Positions 14,260 to 24,347 of a DNA stretch of 64,000 nucleotides are shown here, piece by piece (position 1 is the stretch's first letter; every line of letters starts with the position of its first letter). The stretch is from an uncultured Methanolobus sp. (lineage in GTDB: Archaea; Halobacteriota; Methanosarcinia; Methanosarcinales; Methanosarcinaceae), in assembly GCA_963675495.1 (NCBI GenBank), contig OY776215.1, positions 1,824,001 through 1,888,000 of the forward strand, in the 5' to 3' direction. The position numbers and the translations under genes were made by a program. Under the pieces are notes generated by a model that saw only the letters and a program-made list of their open reading frames with translations, did not search any database and had not been told where the DNA came from.

Positions 14260-15150
14260 TTATTCCTGGGTTCCAAGAACTTCACTTATCTTTTCCGGGT
14301 TTTCGGCAAGCCATTCAGCCGCTGCTTCATCCGGTGTCTGACCTCCATCAATAGCGATCATTAGTGATTCTATATCTGCAAGGTCCATCTCAAAGTTCTG
14401 GATCAGCTGGTAGAATTCAGGGTTATCTTCTTCAAATCCTGCTCTGGTAAGAATTACAAGATCGTCAGTTTCTCCGTAGATTCCCTGGGTATCTTCAAGG
14501 AACTTAAGGCCCTCTATACGGGCAAAACTCCAGTGTGGTCTCCAGAGGGTAACAACTACCCATTCTTCGTTGCGAACCTTGCTCTGAAGTTCTGTGACCA
14601 TTCCCACAGTGCTGCTTGAATAAAGTTCAAAACCTTCAAGCTCATAGTCTACAATACAGCTTTCTGTGTTCTGCATTATGCCTGCACCAGGTTCAATACC
14701 ATTGATTGTACCATCAAATTTATCGGCATTTTCCTGAAGCTCTTCGATGGTGTTAATTGGTACGTAATCAGGAACAACAAGTCCGCACTTTGCGCCGCTA
14801 GCTACAACCTGTGCCTTGTTAAGCTCGTCTCCGTACTGCTCCCAGTAAGGTGCCTGGGTTGCCGGCAGCCATGCATAGATAAGGACATCGATATCTCCCT
14901 GTGCAGTAGCTTGGTAAAGACCGCCGAGATCTGCAGTAATGGTTTCGTATTCATATCCTCCTTCGTCAAGGATGTGTGTGAATATGGCTGCACCAGCACG
15001 TGAATCATCCCACTGGATGACTCCAATCGTTACAGTTTCCTGTGTTGTTTCTTCAGTTGCCCCGTCTTCAGCAGGTGAGGTGCATCCTGCACTCAGCAAG
15101 GCGATTGCTACTATAAAGCATCCTAATATTTTCAAAAGATTATATCTCAA
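14260..15150 (-). CDS. Glycine betaine ABC transporter substrate-binding lipoprotein
   Basis: Lipobox-like SAGC; AWLP, GIEPGAG, LWRPHW (OpuAC-type). Confidence 0.9.
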   Translation of the reverse strand: MRYNLLKILGCFIVAIALLSAGCTSPAEDGATEETTQETVTIGVIQWDDSRAGAAIFTHILDEGGYEYETITADLGGLYQATAQGDIDVLIYAWLPATQAPYWEQYGDELNKAQVVASGAKCGLVVPDYVPINTIEELQENADKFDGTINGIEPGAGIMQNTESCIVDYELEGFELYSSSTVGMVTELQSKVRNEEWVVVTLWRPHWSFARIEGLKFLEDTQGIYGETDDLVILTRAGFEEDNPEFYQLIQNFEMDLADIESLMIAIDGGQTPDEAAAEWLAENPEKISEVLGTQE

Positions 15151-15219
15151 GCTATCACTCCTTTTTGTTCACAAATAAATATAGCTGGAAAAAAATAAAA
15201 ATGAATAAGAGTTAGACCC

Positions 15220-16107
15220 TTATTCAGCTCCAATCCATTCATTTACTTTTTCAGGATTTGCATCTACCCATTTCTGAGCAGCTTCTTCTTCTGACATACC
15301 GCTTACAAGGTCTGACATAACAGACTGGATATCGTCATGGGTCCACTGGAACCTTCCAATGATCTCATAGAGTTCAGGGTCATCTTCTAAGAGACCTACT
15401 CTTGCAAGGGTTTCAACATGGTCTGCTTCACCAAAAATTCCATTTGGATCTTCAAGGTATTTCAGGTCAAAGCTGTTGAATGTCCAGTGTGGTGACCATA
15501 ATGTGACAACAGTCCATTCTTCGTCATCTATTGAACTCTTAAGGTCAGCTGCCATACCTGCACTGCTGCTTGCAATAAGCTCGTAATCAAGTCCGTATTC
15601 CTCGATTGCAGTTTCTGTTGTTGACATGATTCCTGCTCCGGGATCGATACCTATGATCTCCCCATTGAACTGTTCTTTGTTTGCATTGAGCTCTTCAATT
15701 GAATCAATGGTAACATATGCTGGAACAACAAGTCCTATGCGGCAGTCTTCAAGGTTCACTGCGACACTATCAATGTCTTCTCCGTATGTTTCCCAGTAGT
15801 TCTTCTGGGTCTGGGGAAGCCATGCAGATGTTGTAAAATCGAACTGGCTGTCTGCAAGTCCCTGGTAGAGTGCACCTGCATCCACAGCGATAATCTCTAC
15901 ATCATAGCCTGCCTCTTCAAGGACAAGTTTCATGACATTGGTACTGGCTATCTCGCCATCCCAGAGAACATAGCCGATAGTTGCTTCCTTTGTAGTAGCT
16001 TCTTCTGTCCCTGTATCTCCGGTTGTATCCTGATCAGCACATCCACTTACCATGACAAGCATGGCAAGCATTATGATTACTGAAAGGATTTTTATTTCTC
16101 TTTTCAC
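15220..16107 (-). CDS. Glycine betaine ABC transporter substrate-binding lipoprotein (paralog)
   Basis: VSGC lipobox; AWLP, GIDPGAG, LWSPHW. Confidence 0.9.
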   Translation of the reverse strand: MKREIKILSVIIMLAMLVMVSGCADQDTTGDTGTEEATTKEATIGYVLWDGEIASTNVMKLVLEEAGYDVEIIAVDAGALYQGLADSQFDFTTSAWLPQTQKNYWETYGEDIDSVAVNLEDCRIGLVVPAYVTIDSIEELNANKEQFNGEIIGIDPGAGIMSTTETAIEEYGLDYELIASSSAGMAADLKSSIDDEEWTVVTLWSPHWTFNSFDLKYLEDPNGIFGEADHVETLARVGLLEDDPELYEIIGRFQWTHDDIQSVMSDLVSGMSEEEAAQKWVDANPEKVNEWIGAE

Positions 16108-16170
16108 TTTATCACAACACTTAGTATATATTATAAAAAGACCACAAAGGTCTGTAAATATTGATGTATG

Positions 16171-17013
16171 TTATTTCTTAGGTGTAAGACCCTGTGTCAG
16201 TCTGTCAAGTACGATTGCAATAATAACAATTGCAAGACCAGCTTCAAATCCTTGGCCGATATCTACTCTCTGGATGCCTACAAGTACCTGATATCCAAGT
16301 CCTCGTGCACCGATCATAGCTGCAATAACAACCATAGAAAGCGAGAGCATAATACACTGGTTTACACCAGCCATGATTGTCGGGAGTGCAACAGGCAATT
16401 CCACTTTGAACAGTTTTTGCAACGGTGTTGTTCCAAACGCATTTGCAACCTCGTTCAATTCAACAGGAACCTGTCGGATGCCGAGGTTGGTAAGGCGGAT
16501 AGCCGGTGGCATTGCAAACACTATTGTTGCAACAAGGCCGGGAACATTACCCAATCCGAAAAATATCACTGCAGGAATAAGATACACAAAAGAAGGCATT
16601 GTCTGCATGAAGTCAAGTATTGGTTTAACTATATGGAACGCAGTTTCATTCTTTGCGCTCAGGATGCCGGTTGGAATACCTACCAACAGAGCCACAAGGG
16701 CAGATGATAACACAAGGGCTATGGTTTCCATGGAAAGTTTCCACAGGTCCATATTCTCTATGAGCAAAAACCCGATCGCGGTTCCGATTGCAAGTCTAAG
16801 GTTCTTTTTTGAAACAAAATAAACAAGGATAGTAACGATAAAAATGAATGCAATAGGTGGTAAGAATAATAGTATGTCCTTGAATCCGGATATGAGAATA
16901 TCTATGAATTCACTGAAGATATCCATCAAAAACCCGAAATTATCATTCAGCCAGTAAACACTTGACTCAACAGTTTCCCCTATTGGAAGTTCAGGTAAGG
17001 CCATTCGAATCAT
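16171..17013 (-). CDS. Glycine betaine/proline ABC transporter permease (ProW/OpuAB)
   Basis: LDFMQTMPSFVYLIP, GVNQCIMLSLSMVVIAAMIGA. Confidence 0.93.
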   Translation of the reverse strand: MIRMALPELPIGETVESSVYWLNDNFGFLMDIFSEFIDILISGFKDILLFLPPIAFIFIVTILVYFVSKKNLRLAIGTAIGFLLIENMDLWKLSMETIALVLSSALVALLVGIPTGILSAKNETAFHIVKPILDFMQTMPSFVYLIPAVIFFGLGNVPGLVATIVFAMPPAIRLTNLGIRQVPVELNEVANAFGTTPLQKLFKVELPVALPTIMAGVNQCIMLSLSMVVIAAMIGARGLGYQVLVGIQRVDIGQGFEAGLAIVIIAIVLDRLTQGLTPKK

Positions 17014-18199
17014 CCTCCTTTATGGCCAGAGCACCAAGGATGCTACCTCTGACAATAACACCTATTATCTTCTGATTATCATTTACAACTGCCAGTGGAA
17101 AATTACTTTCTGTCATCATCGGGATTATGTCCATTATTGGCAGGTCGGGAGCTACGATTTGCACGTCTGTTATTAACACATCATGCAATGTACTCTTGTC
17201 CTTAACAGCCTGGACAGCATCATCAATGAGAAGTATTCCTTTTATTTTCTTTTCAGGATCAACTACAAATATGGATGATATTCCGTGTTTTTTCATCAGC
17301 TGCATTGCAACTTTGAGCCCGGAATTAATAGATACCACAGGTTCAGGTCGTTTCATAATATTCTCTGCTGTGAGAATTTTTGTCCTATCCACACCGGCAA
17401 CGAATTCTGATACATAGTCATCTGCCGGGTTTGTGAGTATTTCCTCTGCAGTTCCTATCTGGGCGATAACTCCATCTTTCATAATTGCAATACGGTCACC
17501 TAGTTTCAAGGCTTCATCCAGGTCGTGTGATACAAAAACAATAGTTTTTTTGAGTTTGTCCTGAAGTGCGATCAATTCATCCTGCATCTCAGATCTTATT
17601 AGCGGGTCAAGCGCACTGAAGGCTTCATCCATCAACAGGATATCGGGGTCAGTAGCAAGAGCCCTCGCAAGTCCTACCCGTTGCTGCATCCCTCCGCTCA
17701 ATTGCGATGTTTTGCTTGATTCGTACCCTTTAAGACCCACTTTGGAAATGGCTTCTTCAGCTTTGACATGTCTTTCTTCTTTTGGCATGCCCTGTATCTC
17801 AAGTCCGAAAGCTACGTTATCAATAACAGTTCTATGAGGCAGAAGGGCAAAACCCTGGAAAACCATGCTCATTTTTTTTCTTCTGGCTTCTCTTAACTCT
17901 TTTTCATTCATTGTGGCAATGTCATCACCATCGATGAGGATATGGCCGTCGCTTGGATCAATAAGACGGTTCAAGCAGCGTAAAAGAGTCGATTTTCCTG
18001 AACCTGACAGTCCCATAAGTACGAAAGTTTCACCTTCGTAAACATCAAAACCTACTTTGTAAAGACCGACTGTTTGCTTTGTCCTTTCAAAAATTTCCTG
18101 TTTTGAGATTCCTTCCTCTATTAAAGAGATTGCTTTATGAGGGCTTTTGCCAAATATCTTAACAAGGTTGCGGACTTCTATTTTCTTTGGTCTATGAAT
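16991..18199 (-). CDS. Glycine betaine ABC transporter ATP-binding protein with CBS domains (ProV/OpuAA); probable ATT start
   Basis: GLSGSGKS, LSGGMQQR, MDEAFSALD; the frame extends upstream of the ORF-track start through KIEVRNLVKIFG to ATT 18199, 6 nt after GAGGT. Confidence 0.88.
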   Translation of the reverse strand: MHRPKKIEVRNLVKIFGKSPHKAISLIEEGISKQEIFERTKQTVGLYKVGFDVYEGETFVLMGLSGSGKSTLLRCLNRLIDPSDGHILIDGDDIATMNEKELREARRKKMSMVFQGFALLPHRTVIDNVAFGLEIQGMPKEERHVKAEEAISKVGLKGYESSKTSQLSGGMQQRVGLARALATDPDILLMDEAFSALDPLIRSEMQDELIALQDKLKKTIVFVSHDLDEALKLGDRIAIMKDGVIAQIGTAEEILTNPADDYVSEFVAGVDRTKILTAENIMKRPEPVVSINSGLKVAMQLMKKHGISSIFVVDPEKKIKGILLIDDAVQAVKDKSTLHDVLITDVQIVAPDLPIMDIIPMMTESNFPLAVVNDNQKIIGVIVRGSILGALAIKEDDSNGLT

Positions 18200-18478
18200 T
18201 GTAATACCTCAATTTGAAAGAAGATTATTTAAAATTATTATCTTTTAGTTTGACTGGACAACCCTATATTAATGTATCGTTTCATTATTGAAAAAAAACG
18301 GTCTATTTTGGTTTATTTTTAAAAATAAACCCTAGTTATATCTTTTATATTATAATTATATATTAGGCATTCAAGACAGATGTAAAGTATCTTTAACTTC
18401 CAGTTATTTTTGAGAAACGATAATAGCTCTAATTTAAACAAAAAGAAAAAGAGGGATATTAATCCCTTAAAATATTAT

Positions 18479-20038
18479 TTAGTCATTCTTTTTACTCCGG
18501 GATTTTGATTTATTGTCTTTAAAAGCATCCACTGCATCCTGTGGGAGATAGAACTTGTCATCTTCGCTTAATTCTTCATTTCCGTCACTCATTGGAGCAG
18601 CCACAACAATACCTTTAAGGTCGTGTTCCTTACCTTCGACCCTGAGTATGTCCTTGTTAATAGGAAGTTCACCTATGATGTCTCCTGTATCGATAACCAG
18701 GACAGGGTTTTCAGGGTCTGTTAGATCAAGTGACCATTCATCTTCCTTAAAAGCATCATTGATCTCTACAAAGAGTTCCTCTCTGACGTCATCAAGTTGG
18801 AAACCGAATACATCTGCGACATATGTTGCAAGTTCTGTGTTGTCAAAAAGGCCTATTGGTCTGTTTGGACCGTATGACCACAGAGGTACGTCTCCACCAG
18901 CGTGTCCACCTGTAGTCCATCCGATTTCGACAGTGCCTTCTTCACCCATAAGTGGATTTAAAAGTTCTTCTACTGTAAGATCTGTGTAGGATGTACCATA
19001 GTTTCCGATTGTCATGCCACCGGTGTTGTGGTCAGGGAAGACAATGACTAATGTATGTCCGTCCTTTTCAGCGAAATCCACAGCAATCTCAACGGCTTCA
19101 TCGAATGCGAGGAAATCAGTGACCATGTACACAGGATCGTTAGCATGTCCTGCCCAATCGACCTGACTGCCTTCTATCATAAGGAAGAATCCGTCTTTAT
19201 CCTGTGAAAGAAGTTCTATTGCTTTGTCGGTCATTTCTGCAATTGAAGGCTCTTCAGTATCATCACGTGTCATATCAGGCTGCATATGCTTGCTTGCGAA
19301 CATTCCCCAGGCTTGTCCTGATTCAAGAGCATCCATTTCAGTTTCTGTGGTAACGAACTGATAACCTTCATCAAGGAGCACTTCTTTGAGGTTTTCACCA
19401 TCGTTTCGGCTGTTGTCAAGGTATCTCTCGCCACCTGCAAATACTACATCAATATCCTGATAGACGATGTGTTCCATGATTTCACTGTCCATTCCTCTGT
19501 CATGGACATGTACTGCATAGGCTGCAGGTGTTGCATGTGTGATGCTGGATGTTGCTACGAGACCTGTTGCCTTTCCTTCAAGTTTTGCACCTTCAAGTAC
19601 AGTTGCAAGTGGTGCATAAGGTTCAGCCATCTCATTTTCGTCATATATTGAAAGCAGGTCTTCTGTCCTTGGTCCGACACCTAGGAATCTGACAGTTGTC
19701 TTTTCACCAGTTGCAAAGGCTGTTGCTGCTGCAGCAGAGCCGGTGATGACTGAGTTTGCCATGTTTGTGGATACCATTCCGCTAACCATGTTGTCAAGCT
19801 GGAGTTCTTCTCCACTGTACCATCGTGCAAGGGTCTGGATGTTCTGATCACATCCGTCAGGTACCATTACAATTACGTTCTTGATTCCTTTATTTGAGTA
19901 TGAGTTACCTGTGTTCCTGTAGTCATCATCATTCCACTTGTTGTCGGTGCTTTTACCAGCCATTGCAGAAGCGGTGCTTCCAAAGACCAGTAATCCTACA
20001 ACAATAAAAACAAACAAAAAATTCTTTCTTTTATCCAT
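18479..20038 (-). CDS. Alkaline phosphatase, secreted
   Basis: Signal peptide; PDGC, TGSAAAATA nucleophile, THATPAA, EGSQVDWAGHAND, DHNTGG, GHAGGDV. Confidence 0.92.
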   Translation of the reverse strand: MDKRKNFLFVFIVVGLLVFGSTASAMAGKSTDNKWNDDDYRNTGNSYSNKGIKNVIVMVPDGCDQNIQTLARWYSGEELQLDNMVSGMVSTNMANSVITGSAAAATAFATGEKTTVRFLGVGPRTEDLLSIYDENEMAEPYAPLATVLEGAKLEGKATGLVATSSITHATPAAYAVHVHDRGMDSEIMEHIVYQDIDVVFAGGERYLDNSRNDGENLKEVLLDEGYQFVTTETEMDALESGQAWGMFASKHMQPDMTRDDTEEPSIAEMTDKAIELLSQDKDGFFLMIEGSQVDWAGHANDPVYMVTDFLAFDEAVEIAVDFAEKDGHTLVIVFPDHNTGGMTIGNYGTSYTDLTVEELLNPLMGEEGTVEIGWTTGGHAGGDVPLWSYGPNRPIGLFDNTELATYVADVFGFQLDDVREELFVEINDAFKEDEWSLDLTDPENPVLVIDTGDIIGELPINKDILRVEGKEHDLKGIVVAAPMSDGNEELSEDDKFYLPQDAVDAFKDNKSKSRSKKND

Positions 20039-20352
20039 AGTATCATCCAACCTTTTTCAAGGCTTAACGGCTGGATTTTGGGTTATGCACATTTATATTT
20101 TGTACCAATAATATATATATGCAAAATTGTAGTTCTATTTATTGGTAGGTCTATATATGTACAAAACAAATGCAGTAACTCTGCACATTTCTATTATTCT
20201 ATATTTGAATAGTAGGCGTAAAAAAAATCAAAATAACTTATGGTTTCCTAATATTGTGTACTACAATACTTACAAGTGTAACAGTAGTACCATATTTAAA
20301 AAACCCGGTTTTGCGAAACTATCAGTTCATCAAAGAAGAATAACTATTGATT

Positions 20353-20850
20353 TTATTTGAGCTCATTAATAAGGTTCACTGCTTTTTGCAGGATAAAAAC
20401 CTTATCTTCATTGTCCACTTTCGAAGTGTAGACTATTACATAATCAAGCTTGATGTCATTTTCTCTATCAATGGTCATTGCATTTCCGTTCGCAGGAATC
20501 TCCGCAAGTATATCATTGTATGTAATCATCAGGACTGGATTATCCGAATTCTTGTTGTCAAGTTCCCACATTCCCGGGAAAGCCTCTTGCACGTCAATAA
20601 ACAATTCTTCATTCACGAACTGTAGATTATCTTCATTGTATAATTGTGTCAGTGTCCAAACACTCTGAGGGCAATCTTCAGGTACGATGACTACAATATT
20701 TCGAACTTCGTCATCTTGCTTTTCACTAATATACTGGTTGATGTCCCATCCCTTTTTTTTGACCTCATCGGCCATGACAGAGGCAGCACTGGCAGTGAAC
20801 AGTATTCCTACAACAACAAAAGCAAACAAATAGTTTAGTCTATCATCCAT
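20353..20850 (-). CDS. Alkaline phosphatase paralog lacking the catalytic core (internal deletion; possible pseudogene)
   Basis: N-terminus aligns to residues ~1-85 and C-terminus to the last ~100 aa of the adjacent phosphatase. Confidence 0.7.
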   Translation of the reverse strand: MDDRLNYLFAFVVVGILFTASAASVMADEVKKKGWDINQYISEKQDDEVRNIVVIVPEDCPQSVWTLTQLYNEDNLQFVNEELFIDVQEAFPGMWELDNKNSDNPVLMITYNDILAEIPANGNAMTIDRENDIKLDYVIVYTSKVDNEDKVFILQKAVNLINELK

Positions 20851-21041
20851 ATTTCCAACCAAGCATTTTTAAGGTTAACTACCTGGATTTTGGACTATGT
20901 GTATTTGTACTTTATACCAATAGAATATGTAGTCAAATTTACTATTATCTTTCTTGACTGTGTATATAGTTCTAATGAGCTTTATTTGTCCTATAGATTT
21001 CTATAGTTACAATGAAACTTAAAAAATAAATATATAAGTGT

Positions 21042-21818
21042 TTATGCTTTTCTTATATTACTGTAATACATACACTCATCACTAGTAAACAGTGGCATTT
21101 CAATGTCATCTTCAACTATCTGAACAGGTGCACCTCTTACAAGTACTGCAGGCACGCTTTCTCCTGCTTCTCCCATTAGTAACTGGGCAGCAGACACAAG
21201 ATTGTCCGCTACTGCTTTGCGGGTAATTGTCATTTCTTTTCCAAAAAGGTCAAGTGTACCTCTGGCATCCTCAACAGGAACCATTCCGGATGTTCCAAGA
21301 GCAATACCAACACATCCAAGTCGCATAGGTTGCGTGCGGCTATCACCAACGACAACTCCTATTTTACACCTGCAACGTTCTTCTATTTCCCTGCGAATCC
21401 TCCCTGCACTCTGCTGTGCATTTTCCGGGAGTAAGACTACATATCCATCCGGTGCATTCGAGGCATCTATTCCTGCATTGGGTGCAAGTGTACCTTTTGT
21501 TATAGTAAGTGCAGCTCCCGGAACACCACCGAATATCTCATCACATTCCTGAAGTATGAGTTCCATTTCCCGTGAGTCAAGCTGGTACTCCTCTGCAAGT
21601 TTCTTTGCTTTATCTCCGGGTTTTACGTCTGCAAGACGAACCAGACGCTTCTCAGACGTTGCCAGCGGTGATTCGGCAATGATAAGAATATCATGATTCT
21701 GGAATTGCATTCCATGTTTCTCCAGGGAATCCATTATAATCTCTGAAATATTGTCTCCTGGCTTAATGAGTGGGGTTTTTATACCAAACATCTGCAATGA
21801 TGGAAAATCAGCTTGCAT
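21042..21818 (-). CDS. cofE: Coenzyme F420-0:L-glutamate ligase family protein (CofE/FolC2-like)
   Basis: PLIKPGD, NAGIDASN, DSRTQPMRLG, GEAGE motifs. Confidence 0.85.
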   Translation of the reverse strand: MQADFPSLQMFGIKTPLIKPGDNISEIIMDSLEKHGMQFQNHDILIIAESPLATSEKRLVRLADVKPGDKAKKLAEEYQLDSREMELILQECDEIFGGVPGAALTITKGTLAPNAGIDASNAPDGYVVLLPENAQQSAGRIRREIEERCRCKIGVVVGDSRTQPMRLGCVGIALGTSGMVPVEDARGTLDLFGKEMTITRKAVADNLVSAAQLLMGEAGESVPAVLVRGAPVQIVEDDIEMPLFTSDECMYYSNIRKA

Positions 21819-21982
21819 TATTTCTCTCCATTATAATCGTTTTTGTGATATTAATTGTGTAGTAATTCATACTTATGGAAGACGGGCATCTGTTACGTGT
21901 CATTATCCCCATGCCGCCGTTGGCAACTTCATGCATTTTTTGTGTGGGGATACCATCTTTTGATCAGTCAATTTGCTTTTAA

Positions 21983-22867
21983 TCATTGGTCGTTCTTCCT
22001 GATTCCGGCCATTTCAAGTATTTTGGGTGTATTGTCATGTTTGCCAATAGGCATAATATGAGTGCCACGACAGAGTTTCCTAAGTTCGGTAATAGTTTCT
22101 GCACAGATGGAAATACCTTCATCGATTGGTTTTTCAGCCAGTTCGATCCTTCCTATTATCTCATCAGGTACATTGATACCGGGGATATTCTGGTTCATAA
22201 AACGTGCCATCTTTGCAGATTTGAGTGGAATTACTCCGGCAATTATAGGGATTTCAATATCACCGATTGATTCCATGAATGTTTCAAATTGTGCTGTATC
22301 ATAAACTGCCTGTGTCTGCATAAAATCGATTCCTGTTCTTGTTTTTTTACGCAGCTTCATCATCTGTGCCATCTTTGAAGAATCAGTGTTAGTAACTGCA
22401 CCTACAACAAAACCCGGTGGATTATCAATTTCGTTCCCAGCAAGATCATATCCTTCCTTCATTTTTTTAATAATGCCAAGAAGTTGTACAGAATCCAGGT
22501 CATATACCGGCTTGGTCTTGGGATGGTCGCCCTTTGTTGTGTGGTCACCTGTCATAATGCAGATATTCTTGATGCCCATCGCATATGCTCCAAGCAGGTC
22601 GGATTGCAGTGCAAGCCTGTTCCTGTCCCTGCATGTGAGTTGCATTATAACTTCATGATCAGCATCCAGCAGTGCTTTGCTAACTGCAAGTGGACTCATA
22701 CGCATGATTGCTTTCTGGTTATCGGTAACATTGAGGGCATCAGTCCAGTCCCTGATAAGTTGTGCATCGGCAAGAGTTTCGCTTAGGTCTGTTCCTTTAG
22801 GGGGGCTGACCTCTGCTGTAATTAGAAAATCGTTTGATGTGAGTTTGTCTTTGAAGGTCCGGGACAT
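21983..22867 (-). CDS. metF: Methylenetetrahydrofolate reductase
   Basis: EVSPPKG, NVTDNQ, QLTCRDRNRLALQSDLLGA, TGDH, QTQ; ATG 22867 preferred, alt 22903. Confidence 0.92.
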   Translation of the reverse strand: MSRTFKDKLTSNDFLITAEVSPPKGTDLSETLADAQLIRDWTDALNVTDNQKAIMRMSPLAVSKALLDADHEVIMQLTCRDRNRLALQSDLLGAYAMGIKNICIMTGDHTTKGDHPKTKPVYDLDSVQLLGIIKKMKEGYDLAGNEIDNPPGFVVGAVTNTDSSKMAQMMKLRKKTRTGIDFMQTQAVYDTAQFETFMESIGDIEIPIIAGVIPLKSAKMARFMNQNIPGINVPDEIIGRIELAEKPIDEGISICAETITELRKLCRGTHIMPIGKHDNTPKILEMAGIRKNDQ

Positions 22868-22899
22868 CGGAGAATTATATGTGTGTCTGGGTTTTAAAA

Positions 22900-23571
22900 T
22901 CATCGCAGCAGGGAATCAAGTTTGTCTTTTAGGAGGATGTATTTCTGCTCGTTTTGAGGGTAGAGTTTTATCTCTCCGGGGTTGATGTCTATCTTGATGA
23001 TTTTTGGATAATGAGACATTTGATATGTACTGTAAAAAAGTATTGTAAACAGCAGAGTGGGAAATATTGACATTGCGATATTTGTTGCGTTTTCTATTCC
23101 GTATGATTCTATCATCCTGTAGTTCTCACCCACAATCATCATTGTCAATATCAGTATCATGAAACTCATTATTATCAAATATGCTTTCCTGTATTTGTAT
23201 ATGATATTGTTGAAATTTGAGATGCTGATTATTTTCTCCACAGGTATTTTTGCTTCCCTGAAAAATGGTTTTTTAACTGTCAGTGCATCATTGTGAATCG
23301 ATATTTCATAACGTGTCAGCACATAAAAAACAGTTAACATCATAACAATAGTCAAAATAACACTAAGGTATGTCCAGATGCTTCGGTATAAATGATCGAT
23401 AAAAGAAGTGATAATGAACACTACCATCATAGCTATAATAGTGGCCATGAATTGAAAATCAACCATATGGAGGGGGACTTTCATTTTGATAGTATCTTCT
23501 GATTTATTCTGCTTCATTGTTTTTTGAGGAGTTTTGGATTTTGCTAAATAGGCTTCATTTTCTGGAATCAT
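22900..23571 (-). CDS. Hypothetical membrane protein (4 TM, possible PH-like loop)
   Basis: Two pairs of hydrophobic helices separated by a beta-rich segment. Confidence 0.6.
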   Translation of the reverse strand: MIPENEAYLAKSKTPQKTMKQNKSEDTIKMKVPLHMVDFQFMATIIAMMVVFIITSFIDHLYRSIWTYLSVILTIVMMLTVFYVLTRYEISIHNDALTVKKPFFREAKIPVEKIISISNFNNIIYKYRKAYLIIMSFMILILTMMIVGENYRMIESYGIENATNIAMSIFPTLLFTILFYSTYQMSHYPKIIKIDINPGEIKLYPQNEQKYILLKDKLDSLLR

Positions 23572-23640
23572 TGAATTTGCCTACACATTTTTTCAATCAT
23601 CGTTCTGAATTCTTCGCATTTCTCTGATTTTGATTAGACT

Positions 23641-24123
23641 TTAGTAATTAAGATCCATCTTCCCAAACTTGATCTGCCTATTCACTTCCTGAACCGGCAG
23701 AAGATAGCCATCAACTAAGTCCAGTTTAGGATTGTCAGGGTCAACTCCATATTTTGAGATATAATCGTTTCTTGCATCTTCTATTATATCGATCATTTCC
23801 TGCTCACTGATTATTATGTCGTAGTCCATTCCTTCCACCATGCCTGAATTTGGGACTCCTTTTTCAGTGACTACGACTATTTTATCTCCGCTAAGAATTG
23901 TTCCATTGAGGTAATTTGGTAGTTCTCCCCTTGCAAATTTCAGGTCATTCTCTGTGATATCGTATTTATCGTAAAGAGCCTGGAGCTCTTGGTCTGAATA
24001 GTGCAATTCTTTTTTTGTTGACTGGCCGGAAATGACTACCAAGCTTAGAAGGAGTACGATGGCAACAAAAGCGATTATTTTGTGTGTTGTGTTCATGCCG
24101 ATTTTCCTTGCTTGTTTATCCAT
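23641..24123 (-). CDS. Hypothetical exported protein
   Basis: N-terminal hydrophobic helix followed by an acidic soluble domain. Confidence 0.65.
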   Translation of the reverse strand: MDKQARKIGMNTTHKIIAFVAIVLLLSLVVISGQSTKKELHYSDQELQALYDKYDITENDLKFARGELPNYLNGTILSGDKIVVVTEKGVPNSGMVEGMDYDIIISEQEMIDIIEDARNDYISKYGVDPDNPKLDLVDGYLLPVQEVNRQIKFGKMDLNY

Positions 24124-24347
24124 ATCTTAGATCAGGATACAAGATCATGTGAACTTCGTTATGGCAAAGTTTATCCGTACCTTAGCTTTGGTACATTGCT
24201 TTTCCATATATCTTATAATATTTATGTGCGTTTAACTAACAATTGTTTATTGCACTATTAAAATTTTATGGCCAAATAGTCCAACTGAAATCTACAGTTT
24301 TAATTTTCAAGAAAGAGTAAGTTTTGAAAACTTTGAACTACTAACTA

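Noticed and set aside
14260-16107. Two tandem betaine-binding proteins as a novelty
   Set aside because: Duplicated substrate-binding genes are common in osmoprotectant ABC operons.
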